NCBI GenBank assembly: GCA_964633925.1
Contig: CAZWKB010000003.1
Coordinates: forward strand, 4,598-68,597
Length of the DNA: 64,000 nt
Reading direction: 5' to 3'
From: an uncultured bacterium
GTDB taxonomy: Bacteria > Margulisbacteria > WOR-1 > JAKLHX01
Numbering within the stretch: the first letter of the stretch is position 1; each line of letters begins with the position of its first letter. Positions 42,487-51,970 of the stretch are shown here, one piece after another. The notes beneath the pieces are model-generated. The model worked only from the letters and a program-made list of their open reading frames with translations. It had not been told where the DNA came from and searched no databases. The translations under genes and the position numbers were made by a program.

Positions 42487-45400
42487 TTGTCAGTAAAAAA
42501 GATTAAAAAGGTTGTAAAACAGCCAGAACCTCCAGTTAAGAAAGTTGTTAAAAAGGTTAAGAAGACATCAGATATTGACAAACAGGTCGAAAAAGCTAAA
42601 AAAGCAGTCGAAAAGATTATACCTATTATGGACAAAAAATATTCTGGTATGATTAGTGCTAGAAAAGTCCCTATGCCTACTATCGACACAATACCATTTA
42701 TTCCGGTACATAATCATACAGATTATTCAACAAAAGATTCTGTAATGTCTATTGATGAATATATTAATAGAGTTGCTGAATTAGGTCTCCCAGGTGCAAC
42801 AGTAACAGAGCATGGAAACATGTCAAGTGCTTTGAAATTTTATAAAGCTTGTAAGGCTTTTAAAGATTCAGACCGTCCAGATTATTCAATCAAACCAATT
42901 CTTGGTAATGAGATTTATACTGATGACAATATCGAATTGAAAATTGAAGCTTCACTTGAAAGGCAAAAAAGGAAAAAAGATGATGAGGCTATAGATAGTG
43001 GTTATTTGGATGACGATTATGGCCATTTAGTCCTGCTTTCTCCAACAAAGGAAGCGTATCATGAATTGCTAATGACTAATGCAAAAGGATTTAGGGACGG
43101 GTTTTATAAACGCCCCAGATTAACTCACGAATATATATTGAACGAAGCTTCTAAGCATCAAATTGCAACGTCTGCTTGCTTGGCATCGAAGTTTAATTAT
43201 TATATAAGGTGTGGTCAGGATAAAGCCGCTAAACAGCTTCTTAGTGATTATAGAGATGCTTTTGGTGATAGGTTTTATGTGGAACTCCATTTTAACGAAC
43301 TTGAAATACAGAGATATTGCACCAATAAAATTCTTGAATTTGCAAAGGAATTAGGAATACCTTGGATTGTTGGTCTTGATGCACATTATGCAAGAAAAGA
43401 ACACGTGCAGTATCATGATTATTTTAAGGATATGTATTACGGCGGTTCTATTGCAGAACCTTCAAAATTTAGATATAGTACTAGAGAATTATATCTAAAA
43501 GATTCTAATGAAATAATACATTCTGCAATGAAATGGGATTATGGAATTGACAGAAAAGATATTATTTCAGGTTTACATAAGACAATGGAAATTTATGATA
43601 GAACTGATTTCGAAATGGAGACTGGCGTTCTTAAATTCCCAAGGTTTAGTATGGAACCAAACTTTGACGCTAATGCAGAATTAAAAAGGAAATGTATTAG
43701 AGGTTATAACAAAAGAAAACGGCAAGGATTACTTCCTGCACCGGGATTTACTGAACAAGATTATAAAGACCGTTTTAATAAGGAATTTCCAGTAATAGTC
43801 GGAAAAGGATATGCAGATTACTTCTTAATTGTTTCAGAATTTACAGACTATTGCGTTGAAACTGACTTATTCAAAGGTCCAGGTAGAGGTAGTGCTGCAG
43901 GTGCTCTTATATCATGGTTGTTAGAAATAACAAAGGTTGACCCAATAAGATATGGATTATTCTTTGAAAGGTTTTTGAACGAAGAACGTGCCGACCCGCC
44001 AGATATTGACCTTGACTTTGACAGCGAAAGAAGATATGAAATTGAGGAGCTGTTAATAAAGAAAAATGGTCCTGAAAAAGTTGCTCATATAATGTCGTTT
44101 GGTACTTGGGGTTGTAAAAGTGTAATTGGAGAATTATCTAAGGTATTTGGCTTACCGTGGGGAATTATAGATAAATTCAAAAAATTGTGTAATGATGACC
44201 AGACTATTCAGCAAAATTTGGATAGAATAATGGGTGTATCTTGTATTAAGCGAATGCGAAAAGGCGAAGAAGTTGAAATTCGCGAAACTCCAGCACCAGA
44301 TATTAAAGAGTTTGTAGAAAATAATACAGAATTTTTTGAGGCTTGTAAGTTCTATGAAGGTAAAGTAAGGAACTATTCAATGCATGCTTCAGGCGTTGTT
44401 GTAACTCCTGGAAAAATGGAAGAATTAGCACCTATTAATAGAGCATCAGGACAAATCGTTACAGGCTTACAAGAAGGTGGAGATATTCGTGAAATATCAG
44501 ATATAGGGTTACTTAAGTTTGATATTTTGGGATTAAATAACTGTACTATTCTTAATCGAGCATTACAATCTGTTAAAAGAAGAAAAGGAATAAATATTGA
44601 CATTGATGCAATAGACCTTGAAGACGACAAACTGTTAGAACGATTTAGGCAAGGTCATACAGCTGGAATATTTCAGTTCGAATCATCAGGTATTACAAAG
44701 TTTATAAAAGACATTCAGCCGCAACGATTTGAAGATTTAATTATTGTTAATGCTGCATATCGCCCCGGTACATTAAGAGCTGGCGGTGTTGATATGATTA
44801 TCGAAAATAGGCATTCAGATGATATTGACTATATGCATCCAGAGATTGAGGCAGTGTTAGGGCCGACATATAATGTTTTGGTTTATCAAGAACAGCAAAT
44901 GGCTTTAATGCATAGAGTTGGCGGTTTTACAATGGTTGAAGCTGATAAATCAAGAAAAACAATAAAGTATATAAACAAAGCGTCTACTGCATCTCCTGAA
45001 AATCTTAAAAAATTCTATGATATGATTGAACATTTTAAAGAAGGTGCTCATCAAAAAACTGGATTGGCATATGAAAAACTACAAAAGCTTGTTGATGCTA
45101 TGGCATCCGCAGCTGATTATTCTTTTAATAAATCTCACAGTTGTAGTTATGCTATAATAGCTATGCAAAATATGTTCTTGAAACATTACTATCCAGCAGA
45201 CTATGCAGCTGCATTCCTAAGCAGGACAAAAAATGAGGAAAAGAAAGGTAAAGCAGGGCATAAAACTGGTGAAAACAAAATAGAAAAATACGTTAAAATG
45301 GCAATTTCAGAAATGAAATTAGAGATTGGTACGCCCGACATCTCCATATCCGGAATCGATTGGGTACCGAAAGATGATAAAACGATTATTCCTTCTTTAA

Positions 45401-46086
45401 CGTTTATTAAAGGTGTTGGAGAGGCTGCAGTTCCTGAAATTGTCGCACACCAACCATACACCTCGCTAGAGTCATTCTTTGGAGCTGACATGCAGTGGAG
45501 GTTAGTTAATAAGAGGGTTGTGGAGGCTTTAATCCAGACAGGGTCTTTCGATTCTCTATATCAGCATAGGAAAACGTTATTGGAAGCATATACAAGGTGG
45601 AATAATGGCGGTAAAAAGAATTTTTCAAAAATATTGGCAAAAGTTGAAGAAGAAATGGGACAAGAGGATTTGACTTTTGATGAAAAAATGGCTTTGGAAA
45701 AAGATTTGTTTGGGTTTTATTTTAGTGCTAACCCTTTAGATAAATATGGCGATGTTATCCAGAAAAAAGGTATTAAAGAAGTTAGCGAACTTGCCAAAGG
45801 TAAGAAATGGAAACGAGGAACACTTTATGGCATAGTTACTAAAGCTTATCCATATAAAATTTCTAAAGGTACAATGTGTTTTGTAGATATTCAAGGCAAG
45901 GATGAAACAAAGGCAAGTATCACTGTATGGCCAGAGATGTATACTCCATATAAAGATTTGCTTAAAGAAGGAAATATAGTTGCGATTAAAGTTAAACCTG
46001 GTAAGAGTAAAAATGATGAACCTTGTTTTTATATAGATGAGGACGATGAAAGAAAAAAGGTTATTTTGATGGACGATTTGATATAA
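42487..46086 (+). CDS. dnaE: DNA polymerase III alpha subunit (DnaE-type, PHP domain) with Lys-rich N-terminal extension
   Basis: PHP motif FIPVHNHTDYS...TEHGNM, a palm/fingers core (GPGRGSAAGALISW, DIDLDF, YSMHASGVV) and a C-terminal OB region. TTG 42487 lies 6 nt after AAGAGGTG. The ORF is open from 42361. Confidence 0.8.
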   Translation: MSVKKIKKVVKQPEPPVKKVVKKVKKTSDIDKQVEKAKKAVEKIIPIMDKKYSGMISARKVPMPTIDTIPFIPVHNHTDYSTKDSVMSIDEYINRVAELGLPGATVTEHGNMSSALKFYKACKAFKDSDRPDYSIKPILGNEIYTDDNIELKIEASLERQKRKKDDEAIDSGYLDDDYGHLVLLSPTKEAYHELLMTNAKGFRDGFYKRPRLTHEYILNEASKHQIATSACLASKFNYYIRCGQDKAAKQLLSDYRDAFGDRFYVELHFNELEIQRYCTNKILEFAKELGIPWIVGLDAHYARKEHVQYHDYFKDMYYGGSIAEPSKFRYSTRELYLKDSNEIIHSAMKWDYGIDRKDIISGLHKTMEIYDRTDFEMETGVLKFPRFSMEPNFDANAELKRKCIRGYNKRKRQGLLPAPGFTEQDYKDRFNKEFPVIVGKGYADYFLIVSEFTDYCVETDLFKGPGRGSAAGALISWLLEITKVDPIRYGLFFERFLNEERADPPDIDLDFDSERRYEIEELLIKKNGPEKVAHIMSFGTWGCKSVIGELSKVFGLPWGIIDKFKKLCNDDQTIQQNLDRIMGVSCIKRMRKGEEVEIRETPAPDIKEFVENNTEFFEACKFYEGKVRNYSMHASGVVVTPGKMEELAPINRASGQIVTGLQEGGDIREISDIGLLKFDILGLNNCTILNRALQSVKRRKGINIDIDAIDLEDDKLLERFRQGHTAGIFQFESSGITKFIKDIQPQRFEDLIIVNAAYRPGTLRAGGVDMIIENRHSDDIDYMHPEIEAVLGPTYNVLVYQEQQMALMHRVGGFTMVEADKSRKTIKYINKASTASPENLKKFYDMIEHFKEGAHQKTGLAYEKLQKLVDAMASAADYSFNKSHSCSYAIIAMQNMFLKHYYPADYAAAFLSRTKNEEKKGKAGHKTGENKIEKYVKMAISEMKLEIGTPDISISGIDWVPKDDKTIIPSLTFIKGVGEAAVPEIVAHQPYTSLESFFGADMQWRLVNKRVVEALIQTGSFDSLYQHRKTLLEAYTRWNNGGKKNFSKILAKVEEEMGQEDLTFDEKMALEKDLFGFYFSANPLDKYGDVIQKKGIKEVSELAKGKKWKRGTLYGIVTKAYPYKISKGTMCFVDIQGKDETKASITVWPEMYTPYKDLLKEGNIVAIKVKPGKSKNDEPCFYIDEDDERKKVILMDDLI

Positions 46087-46102
46087 ATTTAATTCATTCC
46101 GT

Positions 46103-46131
46103 GTTAATTTTTGTTACTAGACTGATATAAT
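46103..46131 (+). promoter_or_regulatory. Promoter (GTTAAT-N17-TATAAT, extended TG)
   Basis: GTGTTAATTTTTGTTACTAGACTGATATAATTATATTATAAAGGAGG. Confidence 0.6.
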
Positions 46132-46154
46132 TATATTATAAAGGAGGGGTTAAA

Positions 46155-46856
46155 ATGCAGATTATTAAACCTGGCTTCGCAATAGAAGAAGGCATTGATG
46201 GTTTAGCTATCCTTAGAAAAATCGAAAAAGCAGGTAGAACTTGCTATAAATCTGAGGATAAAATAACTGATGAGTCGGCAAAAAAGTTCGTTGCTTCTTT
46301 AATTAAAAGCGGCCACGAGGCAATGATTGAACATCATTTTGTAACTGTAACTTTTACTGTAGATAGAGGAGTTACACATGAAATTGTTCGGCACCGTATT
46401 GCTTCATATGCACAAGAATCTACAAGGTATTGCAATTATGGTAAAGAAAAAAGCGGCTCAGAAATTACCGTAATTGATATTCGTGAAATTATGGAAGCAG
46501 AAGTTGGTAAGACCTATAAGCATCCAGTTAATAATGAACAGATTCTTGTAACTGCAGAACTTGTTAATTACTGGATTTCTGAATGGTTAGGTGCTATCGA
46601 AGACTCTGAAAGGCACTACATATCGCTTGTAAATTCTGGTTGTCCTGCACAATTGGCACGTTCGGTGCTATTACATTCTGTCAAGTCTGATATCGTTGTT
46701 ACAATGGACTTAAGAGAGTGGAGGCATTTCTTTAGGCTTCGCGCATTAGGTACTACTGGAAAACCTCATCCACAGATGGTGCAAGTAGCTAAACCTTTGT
46801 TGGACGAAATGAAAGTCCAAATCCCGGTTGTCTTTGATGACCTTTCATATGCTTAA
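46155..46856 (+). CDS. thyX: Flavin-dependent thymidylate synthase ThyX (canonical)
   Basis: GVTHEIVRHRIASYAQESTRY contains the full RHRxxSxxxxSxRY signature. 233 aa. Confidence 0.9.
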   Translation: MQIIKPGFAIEEGIDGLAILRKIEKAGRTCYKSEDKITDESAKKFVASLIKSGHEAMIEHHFVTVTFTVDRGVTHEIVRHRIASYAQESTRYCNYGKEKSGSEITVIDIREIMEAEVGKTYKHPVNNEQILVTAELVNYWISEWLGAIEDSERHYISLVNSGCPAQLARSVLLHSVKSDIVVTMDLREWRHFFRLRALGTTGKPHPQMVQVAKPLLDEMKVQIPVVFDDLSYA

Positions 46857-46867
46857 GGGGTGATATT

Positions 46868-47506
46868 ATGCCTGAAGTAAAAATTGGCGGAACTAAAAAA
46901 GTTCTTAAAAAAACTAAAACTTTAGATGAAGATGCATTCGAAAAATCTGAAGAAATTGATGATTCTGGTCTTGATAATGAAGATTTAGACGAGCCTGTTA
47001 CAAGGTTTGGGTTTTTGATTAAAGACTTAAACCAAATAAATATTGAAGATGTTTATGAACAGCTCAAGAAACATATCAAAGTTGGTAAGTCAAGATTGGA
47101 CCCAGATATTCTTTCAGAAGCAATAGATGCTGCTCCCGAATGGGCATTTAAAGCAACACAGATTTATGTTATAGCCAAAGAAAAATTAGCAAAATTTAAC
47201 GACCTCACCTTCCGGGTCAAATATGCTACATTGGCTACTCGTGCTTCAGAGGAATTGGAAAAAATGAGGAAGGAAAAGAAATTGAATGGGCAAATCACTA
47301 AGGAGAAAATTGAAAATTGGATTGTCCTTCATGTTCCAGAATATAAGCGGTTATTAAGAGAAAAAAGGGAATTGGAAACGGCTGTAGAACTTCTTAAATC
47401 TTTGGCTGCACAATTTGAAAGTAAAAAATCAATGTTGCAGACACAAGGTAGGCTTTCTGAAAAGAAAAAGATAGTTGTTACTCCAAATAAAGGGGGTGAG
47501 GATTAA
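46868..47506 (+). CDS. Hypothetical coiled-coil protein
   Basis: Good RBS. Acidic N-terminus and helical C-terminus. No motif recognised. Confidence 0.45.
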   Translation: MPEVKIGGTKKVLKKTKTLDEDAFEKSEEIDDSGLDNEDLDEPVTRFGFLIKDLNQINIEDVYEQLKKHIKVGKSRLDPDILSEAIDAAPEWAFKATQIYVIAKEKLAKFNDLTFRVKYATLATRASEELEKMRKEKKLNGQITKEKIENWIVLHVPEYKRLLREKRELETAVELLKSLAAQFESKKSMLQTQGRLSEKKKIVVTPNKGGED

Positions 47507-47730
47507 TGGAGAAGAAGGTAAAGAAAAATCAGGATGACGAGGCAGTAGTAGAGCCTAAAACAGGACAGCCCGAAGTAACTTTGGTAAGGTCGCAGTCTTC
47601 TGTTCAGATTGAAACAGATTCTAAAGGGACAAAAAAATATTCTATTAAAGTTTATGCTGATGACCCTGAAGAAGCTGCTAACACTGCGTTAAGGCTTTCT
47701 GAAAAAATTGAAAAAGAATTAAATAAATAA
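47506..47730 (+). CDS. Small hypothetical protein
   Basis: The start overlaps the previous stop (TAATG). 74 aa. Confidence 0.45.
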   Translation: MEKKVKKNQDDEAVVEPKTGQPEVTLVRSQSSVQIETDSKGTKKYSIKVYADDPEEAANTALRLSEKIEKELNK

Positions 47731-47744
47731 GGAGTGAAGTTCAA

Positions 47745-48947
47745 ATGGCAAAAGGTAAAATGGGTATCGACGAATTTATGAAAGACACCAAGCCCCGCGG
47801 TGGAGATATGGAAAGCCTTGATTTGAAAGAACTTGGCAAGGCGATTGTTTGGCTGCATCCAGCAAGCGGAATTTTCAAAAGAGATGCACATTATTTTCCG
47901 GTTTATGCAAACGTAATGGAAGATAATAAAAAGGTTAAGAAAGTTTACATGGCGATGATTATTCACGAAGATGTAAAATCTTGTCTTATCTGCCAGCTAC
48001 GTAAAGCACTTAGAGATGATGAGGATATCGACAACGATGAAATTATCCTTCGCGTTGGTGAAGGCGATGAAGAAGTAGAGTATAACAAGGGAGAAATTAT
48101 CGGCGCTGAAGGTTATGGTTGGAAGAAAAATCTTTCATATAAAACAGAATATCTGTTTGGCGTAATCAACAATGCAAAGCCAGAAAAGGTATTGAAGCTT
48201 ACTGCTCCCAAATCGCTCGGCAAAAAAATCACAAAGGTTATTGAAGACCAGATTGAAGAGGAAGGTGAAGAGGAAGGTAATCCTTTCAAAAACCCATATG
48301 CTTTCAAATTGGTATTTGATAAAGATGCACAGGCGAGTGAAATGTATGATGCCACTTGGAATAAGGCTGAAGTTACTGAAGAAATTCAGGAGCTGCTTGA
48401 TGGCGAAGGCCTTGACCTTTCAATTTTGACAGAAATTACAGACGAGGCTAAAGTTGCATATATCATCAGGGAATCGCTTGTATATGATGCTGACGACCTT
48501 GGCCTTGACCTTTCTGCTGCTGATGATTTTGACCCAAAAGAACTTGATCGTACCGGTGGACAAAATGAAAAGGCTGACGATTCTAAGGAAGAATCTTCTA
48601 AAAAATCTTCAAAATCTGAAGAAAAGGCTGACAAAAAACCAGTTAAGAAGGATGCAAAAGCAGTTAAGAAAACCGAAAAACCTGCTAAAAAGGATGACGA
48701 TTCTGACGATGAAAAACCAGCTCCTTCAAACAAAAAGGTTGTTAAGAAAACCGAAAAGCCAAAAGCTAAACCTCAAGTTGAATGCCCTTCATGCGGTAAG
48801 ATGATTGATGAAGATGCAAGCGTTTGCCCTCACTGCGAGGCTGAATTTGAAGAAGAAGAAATAATCGAATGCCCATCTTGCGGAAAAGATATTCCTGCTG
48901 ATAGTAAAACATGCCCTGAATGCGGCGAGGATGTAAGTCCTTTTTAA
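47745..48947 (+). CDS. Candidate gp32-like ssDNA-binding protein with Lys-rich linker and two C-terminal zinc ribbons
   Basis: IVWLHPASG, CLICQ, KVLKLTAPKSLGKKITKVI and NPYAFKLVFDK follow the order of T4 gp32 OB-fold landmarks. The tail carries CPSCGKMIDEDASVCPHCE and CPSCGKDIPADSKTCPECGE. Confidence 0.4.
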   Translation: MAKGKMGIDEFMKDTKPRGGDMESLDLKELGKAIVWLHPASGIFKRDAHYFPVYANVMEDNKKVKKVYMAMIIHEDVKSCLICQLRKALRDDEDIDNDEIILRVGEGDEEVEYNKGEIIGAEGYGWKKNLSYKTEYLFGVINNAKPEKVLKLTAPKSLGKKITKVIEDQIEEEGEEEGNPFKNPYAFKLVFDKDAQASEMYDATWNKAEVTEEIQELLDGEGLDLSILTEITDEAKVAYIIRESLVYDADDLGLDLSAADDFDPKELDRTGGQNEKADDSKEESSKKSSKSEEKADKKPVKKDAKAVKKTEKPAKKDDDSDDEKPAPSNKKVVKKTEKPKAKPQVECPSCGKMIDEDASVCPHCEAEFEEEEIIECPSCGKDIPADSKTCPECGEDVSPF

Positions 48948-48973
48948 TAAACTGCAGACCCACACCCCCAATT

Positions 48974-49002
48974 AAGCCCCACAAACGTGGGGCTTCTTTT
49001 TT
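48974..49002 (+). terminator. Rho-independent terminator
   Basis: AAGCCCCAC-AAAC-GTGGGGCTT followed by CTTTTTT. Confidence 0.85.
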
Positions 49003-49003
49003 C

Positions 49004-49032
49004 GTTAATATGAGACAAAATAATGATATAAT
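49004..49032 (+). promoter_or_regulatory. Promoter (GTTAAT-N17-TATAAT, extended TG)
   Basis: TCGTTAATATGAGACAAAATAATGATATAATATAAATATAAATG. Confidence 0.6.
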
Positions 49033-49059
49033 ATAAATATAAATGTAAGGAGGTTAAGT

Positions 49060-49233
49060 ATGAAAAGTAAAGAACCGTTTAAAGTAAAGGTAAGATGGTT
49101 TGATGGGTATATTGAAGAGTTTGATGCTGTAGAAGCAAGAGCCGGTGCTTATCTTCTTTGGATTAAACTCGAAGACGGCGATACTCGTCATATACCATTA
49201 GCTCAAGTTCGTTGGTTTAATGGATTAAAATAA
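49060..49233 (+). CDS. Small hypothetical protein (57 aa)
   Basis: ATG lies 5 nt after AGGAGG. Encodes MKSKEPFKVKVRWFDGYIEEFDAVEARAGAYLLWIKLEDGDTRHIPLAQVRWFNGLK*. Below the ORF-track length cutoff. Confidence 0.55.
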   Translation: MKSKEPFKVKVRWFDGYIEEFDAVEARAGAYLLWIKLEDGDTRHIPLAQVRWFNGLK

Positions 49234-49246
49234 GGGAGGTTAGAAT

Positions 49247-49543
49247 ATGTGCAAATGTAATCCAAATGTCAGAACTCCGTTTTGCGGAAAGCCAGGGTGC
49301 GAAATGCCAAAACAGATGACTAAAAAAGAACAATCAATTAATGACATTGAAACCAGATTTAGTTATCATGCACCAAAACCGGGTCAGCCGGAGATTTATC
49401 AAAACGTTAGGGATAAGGCTAAAGAATTGGCTTTAATGTTTAATGAATTTTGCCCTGAAAGTAGGGAAAAATCTTTAGCTATTACAAAACTTGAAGAAGC
49501 AGTGTTTTGGGCTAATGCTTCTATTGCAAGGGAGGTAGAATAA
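49247..49543 (+). CDS. Small protein with FxYHxP...LAxTKLEEAVFWAN signature (possible Phage_gp49_66/Acb2-like) plus N-terminal Cys knuckle
   Basis: RFSYHAPKPGQPEIYQNVRDKAKELALMFNEFCPESREKSLAITKLEEAVFWANASIA. The N-terminus is CKCNPNVRTPFCGKPGC. Confidence 0.4.
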   Translation: MCKCNPNVRTPFCGKPGCEMPKQMTKKEQSINDIETRFSYHAPKPGQPEIYQNVRDKAKELALMFNEFCPESREKSLAITKLEEAVFWANASIAREVE

Positions 49544-50724
49544 TGGCACCCCCTATTAAGAAAAAGATACAACAGAAAGCACCAGTTAAAAAGGCAGTTC
49601 CAAGTAAAAATAATGATGAGCAATTAGACATGCTTAAAATGATTGCAGGAGACATTAAAGGCGGTATGACTTTTGATGAAAAAGAAGAATTGAAATTTGT
49701 ACCTGCAAGACTGCTGTCTTATAACAGAGCTTCTATTTTCGGTGGCTATCCTACCGGCGGTATATACGAATTACATGGCCCTAACGGAGGCGGCAAAACA
49801 GCGCTCGGAATTGAAATTCTTGCTTCAGCTCAAAGAGCTGGACATCTTACAGCAATGTGGGACCATGAAAGAGCAGCAAATGATAAGAAATGGATTGAGG
49901 CACTTGGTTTAAATCTTGAAAATTGTCTTTATAGAAAGCAAGGTAAAGATGGTAAGTCAATTATGACTTTGGAAGACAGTGCTCAAGAAATAAACGAAAT
50001 GATTATTAACTTTAATGAAAAGAAGCAAAAAGGTTTGATTCCAGCACATGTGCTTCTGTATATTCTATTTGACTCAGTTGCTTCTGCAGTTCCAGCAGCA
50101 AAGCTTGCCAAAGGAGCAAAGGTAGGCGATGCTAATTATGGTTTGACTGCTAGACTTATGTCAGACTGGTTGCAAACACTGAATGCTTTAGTTGGAGGTA
50201 CTGATGTTGCCGTTATATTCATAAATCAAGAACGTGTCAATGTTGGTGCAAAACCATGGGAACCAAAATGGAAGTCTTTTGGTGGTGAAGCATTACAGTT
50301 CTACGCATCAATTAGGATTCGTGTTAATCGTTCCGGTGAGATTAAAGAAAAAGTTGGTTCAGATGAAGTCATTGCAGGTAGGAGCCATAGATTTAAACTT
50401 GAAAAGAATAAGCTTGGTTATCCAATGCAAGAAGGTTCGTTCTATACTTCGAATGGTATTGGCGAATGTCCGCTAGGATTTGACGATGTAAGGGCGACTT
50501 TGGAAGAAGCAATGATGCAGGGCATTATTTCAAAAGCAACTACTACTTCGTATGAAAGCGAATTTTTTACATCGAATCTCGTTGGTGAAAGAAAGGTAAG
50601 GATGTTCCTTAGAGAAAATCCGAAGATTTTGGAAAAAATCAAGGACAAGGCATACCAAATGATTCTTGAAGGAAATATTAAAATGTCTGAATCTGATAAA
50701 GATGATGACGATGACGAAGATTAA
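49543..50724 (+). CDS. recA: RecA-family recombinase
   Basis: GGYPTGGIYELHGPNGGGKTALGIEIL is Walker A, ILFDSVAS is Walker B, FINQER is present, and the C-terminal tail DKDDDDDED is acidic. Confidence 0.8.
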   Translation: MAPPIKKKIQQKAPVKKAVPSKNNDEQLDMLKMIAGDIKGGMTFDEKEELKFVPARLLSYNRASIFGGYPTGGIYELHGPNGGGKTALGIEILASAQRAGHLTAMWDHERAANDKKWIEALGLNLENCLYRKQGKDGKSIMTLEDSAQEINEMIINFNEKKQKGLIPAHVLLYILFDSVASAVPAAKLAKGAKVGDANYGLTARLMSDWLQTLNALVGGTDVAVIFINQERVNVGAKPWEPKWKSFGGEALQFYASIRIRVNRSGEIKEKVGSDEVIAGRSHRFKLEKNKLGYPMQEGSFYTSNGIGECPLGFDDVRATLEEAMMQGIISKATTTSYESEFFTSNLVGERKVRMFLRENPKILEKIKDKAYQMILEGNIKMSESDKDDDDDED

Positions 50725-50734
50725 TACTATTTTA

Positions 50735-50764
50735 AAGCCCTGTTTGTTATAAACAGGGCTTTTT
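50735..50764 (+). terminator. Rho-independent terminator
   Basis: AAGCCCTGTTT-GTTAT-AAACAGGGCTT followed by TTT. Confidence 0.85.
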
Positions 50765-50767
50765 AGC

Positions 50768-50796
50768 GTTAATTTTTAATACTTTGTTGATATAAT
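50768..50796 (+). promoter_or_regulatory. Promoter (GTTAAT-N17-TATAAT, extended TG)
   Basis: GCGTTAATTTTTAATACTTTGTTGATATAATTATATTAGG. Confidence 0.6.
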
Positions 50797-50831
50797 TATA
50801 TTAGGACAAAATTAAATTATGAGGTGATTTT

Positions 50832-51269
50832 ATGGGAGAATTAGTCAAAAACATTATTATCAAAACCGACATTGGTTATTTTTGCAAAGAGGAAAAGAAT
50901 TTACTAACAGTAAATATTGATAGGGCTACTCTGCTAAACAAGATTGAAGCAAGCACTTATTTTCAAGCAATCTGTGCAGATATTGCAAAAATAAACAATT
51001 CGAAAGTCTCTGCTATGGCTGTAATTTATAACGGTTTTAGATTTGAGATTGGAAAATATTATGAAAATACTGACGGGTTTAAGGTTCATATTCTTGCAGC
51101 ACATCATATGACTGCATACGGCAAGTGCTTTGTGGCTGAAACAAATGCAGAAGTTCCATTGATTCCTTTAGGTATGGCAGAAGAATCTACTATAGGTTTC
51201 CATGAAATAACAAAAGAAAGATGGATGTCTGATTTTAAAGTTGTTGGTACGGATAAGGTGGTGCAATAA
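50832..51269 (+). CDS. Hypothetical protein
   Basis: GAGGTGA RBS. 145 aa. No motif recognised. Confidence 0.45.
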   Translation: MGELVKNIIIKTDIGYFCKEEKNLLTVNIDRATLLNKIEASTYFQAICADIAKINNSKVSAMAVIYNGFRFEIGKYYENTDGFKVHILAAHHMTAYGKCFVAETNAEVPLIPLGMAEESTIGFHEITKERWMSDFKVVGTDKVVQ

Positions 51270-51970
51270 TGGCACATTTCATATCTGACAGAAATGAGAA
51301 TTTGACAAATAAGATAAGACAATTACTCAAATTGTCTGAAAAAGCCGGAACGTATGAAGAAGGGCAAGCCGCCCTTCTAAAGGCTCAAGATATGATGATT
51401 AAGCATAAAATCGATTTGAGCCAAATAAAAGATGCAGAGGAAAAGCATGAAGTAAAAGATATAGTCGATGAAGAATTTACTCCAAGAAAGCGCAATAGAT
51501 GGTGGGTTAAGCAATTGGCCTATGTAGTTGCAAAGAACTTTAAATGTACGTCTTATATTAAAAATTTTAAAAATGCAAATTGTGTTTGTATGATAGGTTT
51601 AAAGGAGGATGTTGATGTTGCGCGTGAAGTATTCAGCTACGCCGGTTTTGAAATTGAAAAATTTTCAAAAGAATATGCAGATGCCAAATGTAGTAGTTCG
51701 TTTTTCTTTCAAGATAAGTCATATAAGAGTGGTATAAAGAACGATTATATCAATGGTTATATTGCAGGCCTTGATGCAAAATTTACTGAGCAAGTTGACA
51801 AGAACGGTTGGGGATTAATGCTTGTTCAAGATAAAGCTGTTATTAAAGCAGTTGAAGATAAAGGTTTTAAGAAAGGTCGTAACGCACCTGTTAATAATAG
51901 CAATGATGGTAATGCTTATAAGAAAGGTTATCATGATGGAAATAGTTTTGGAAGAAAGATAGGTGAGTAA
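51269..51970 (+). CDS. DUF2786-like protein
   Basis: N-terminal KIRQLLKLSEKAGTYEEGQAALLKAQDMMIKHKI is the typical DUF2786 helix pair. Confidence 0.5.
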   Translation: MAHFISDRNENLTNKIRQLLKLSEKAGTYEEGQAALLKAQDMMIKHKIDLSQIKDAEEKHEVKDIVDEEFTPRKRNRWWVKQLAYVVAKNFKCTSYIKNFKNANCVCMIGLKEDVDVAREVFSYAGFEIEKFSKEYADAKCSSSFFFQDKSYKSGIKNDYINGYIAGLDAKFTEQVDKNGWGLMLVQDKAVIKAVEDKGFKKGRNAPVNNSNDGNAYKKGYHDGNSFGRKIGE

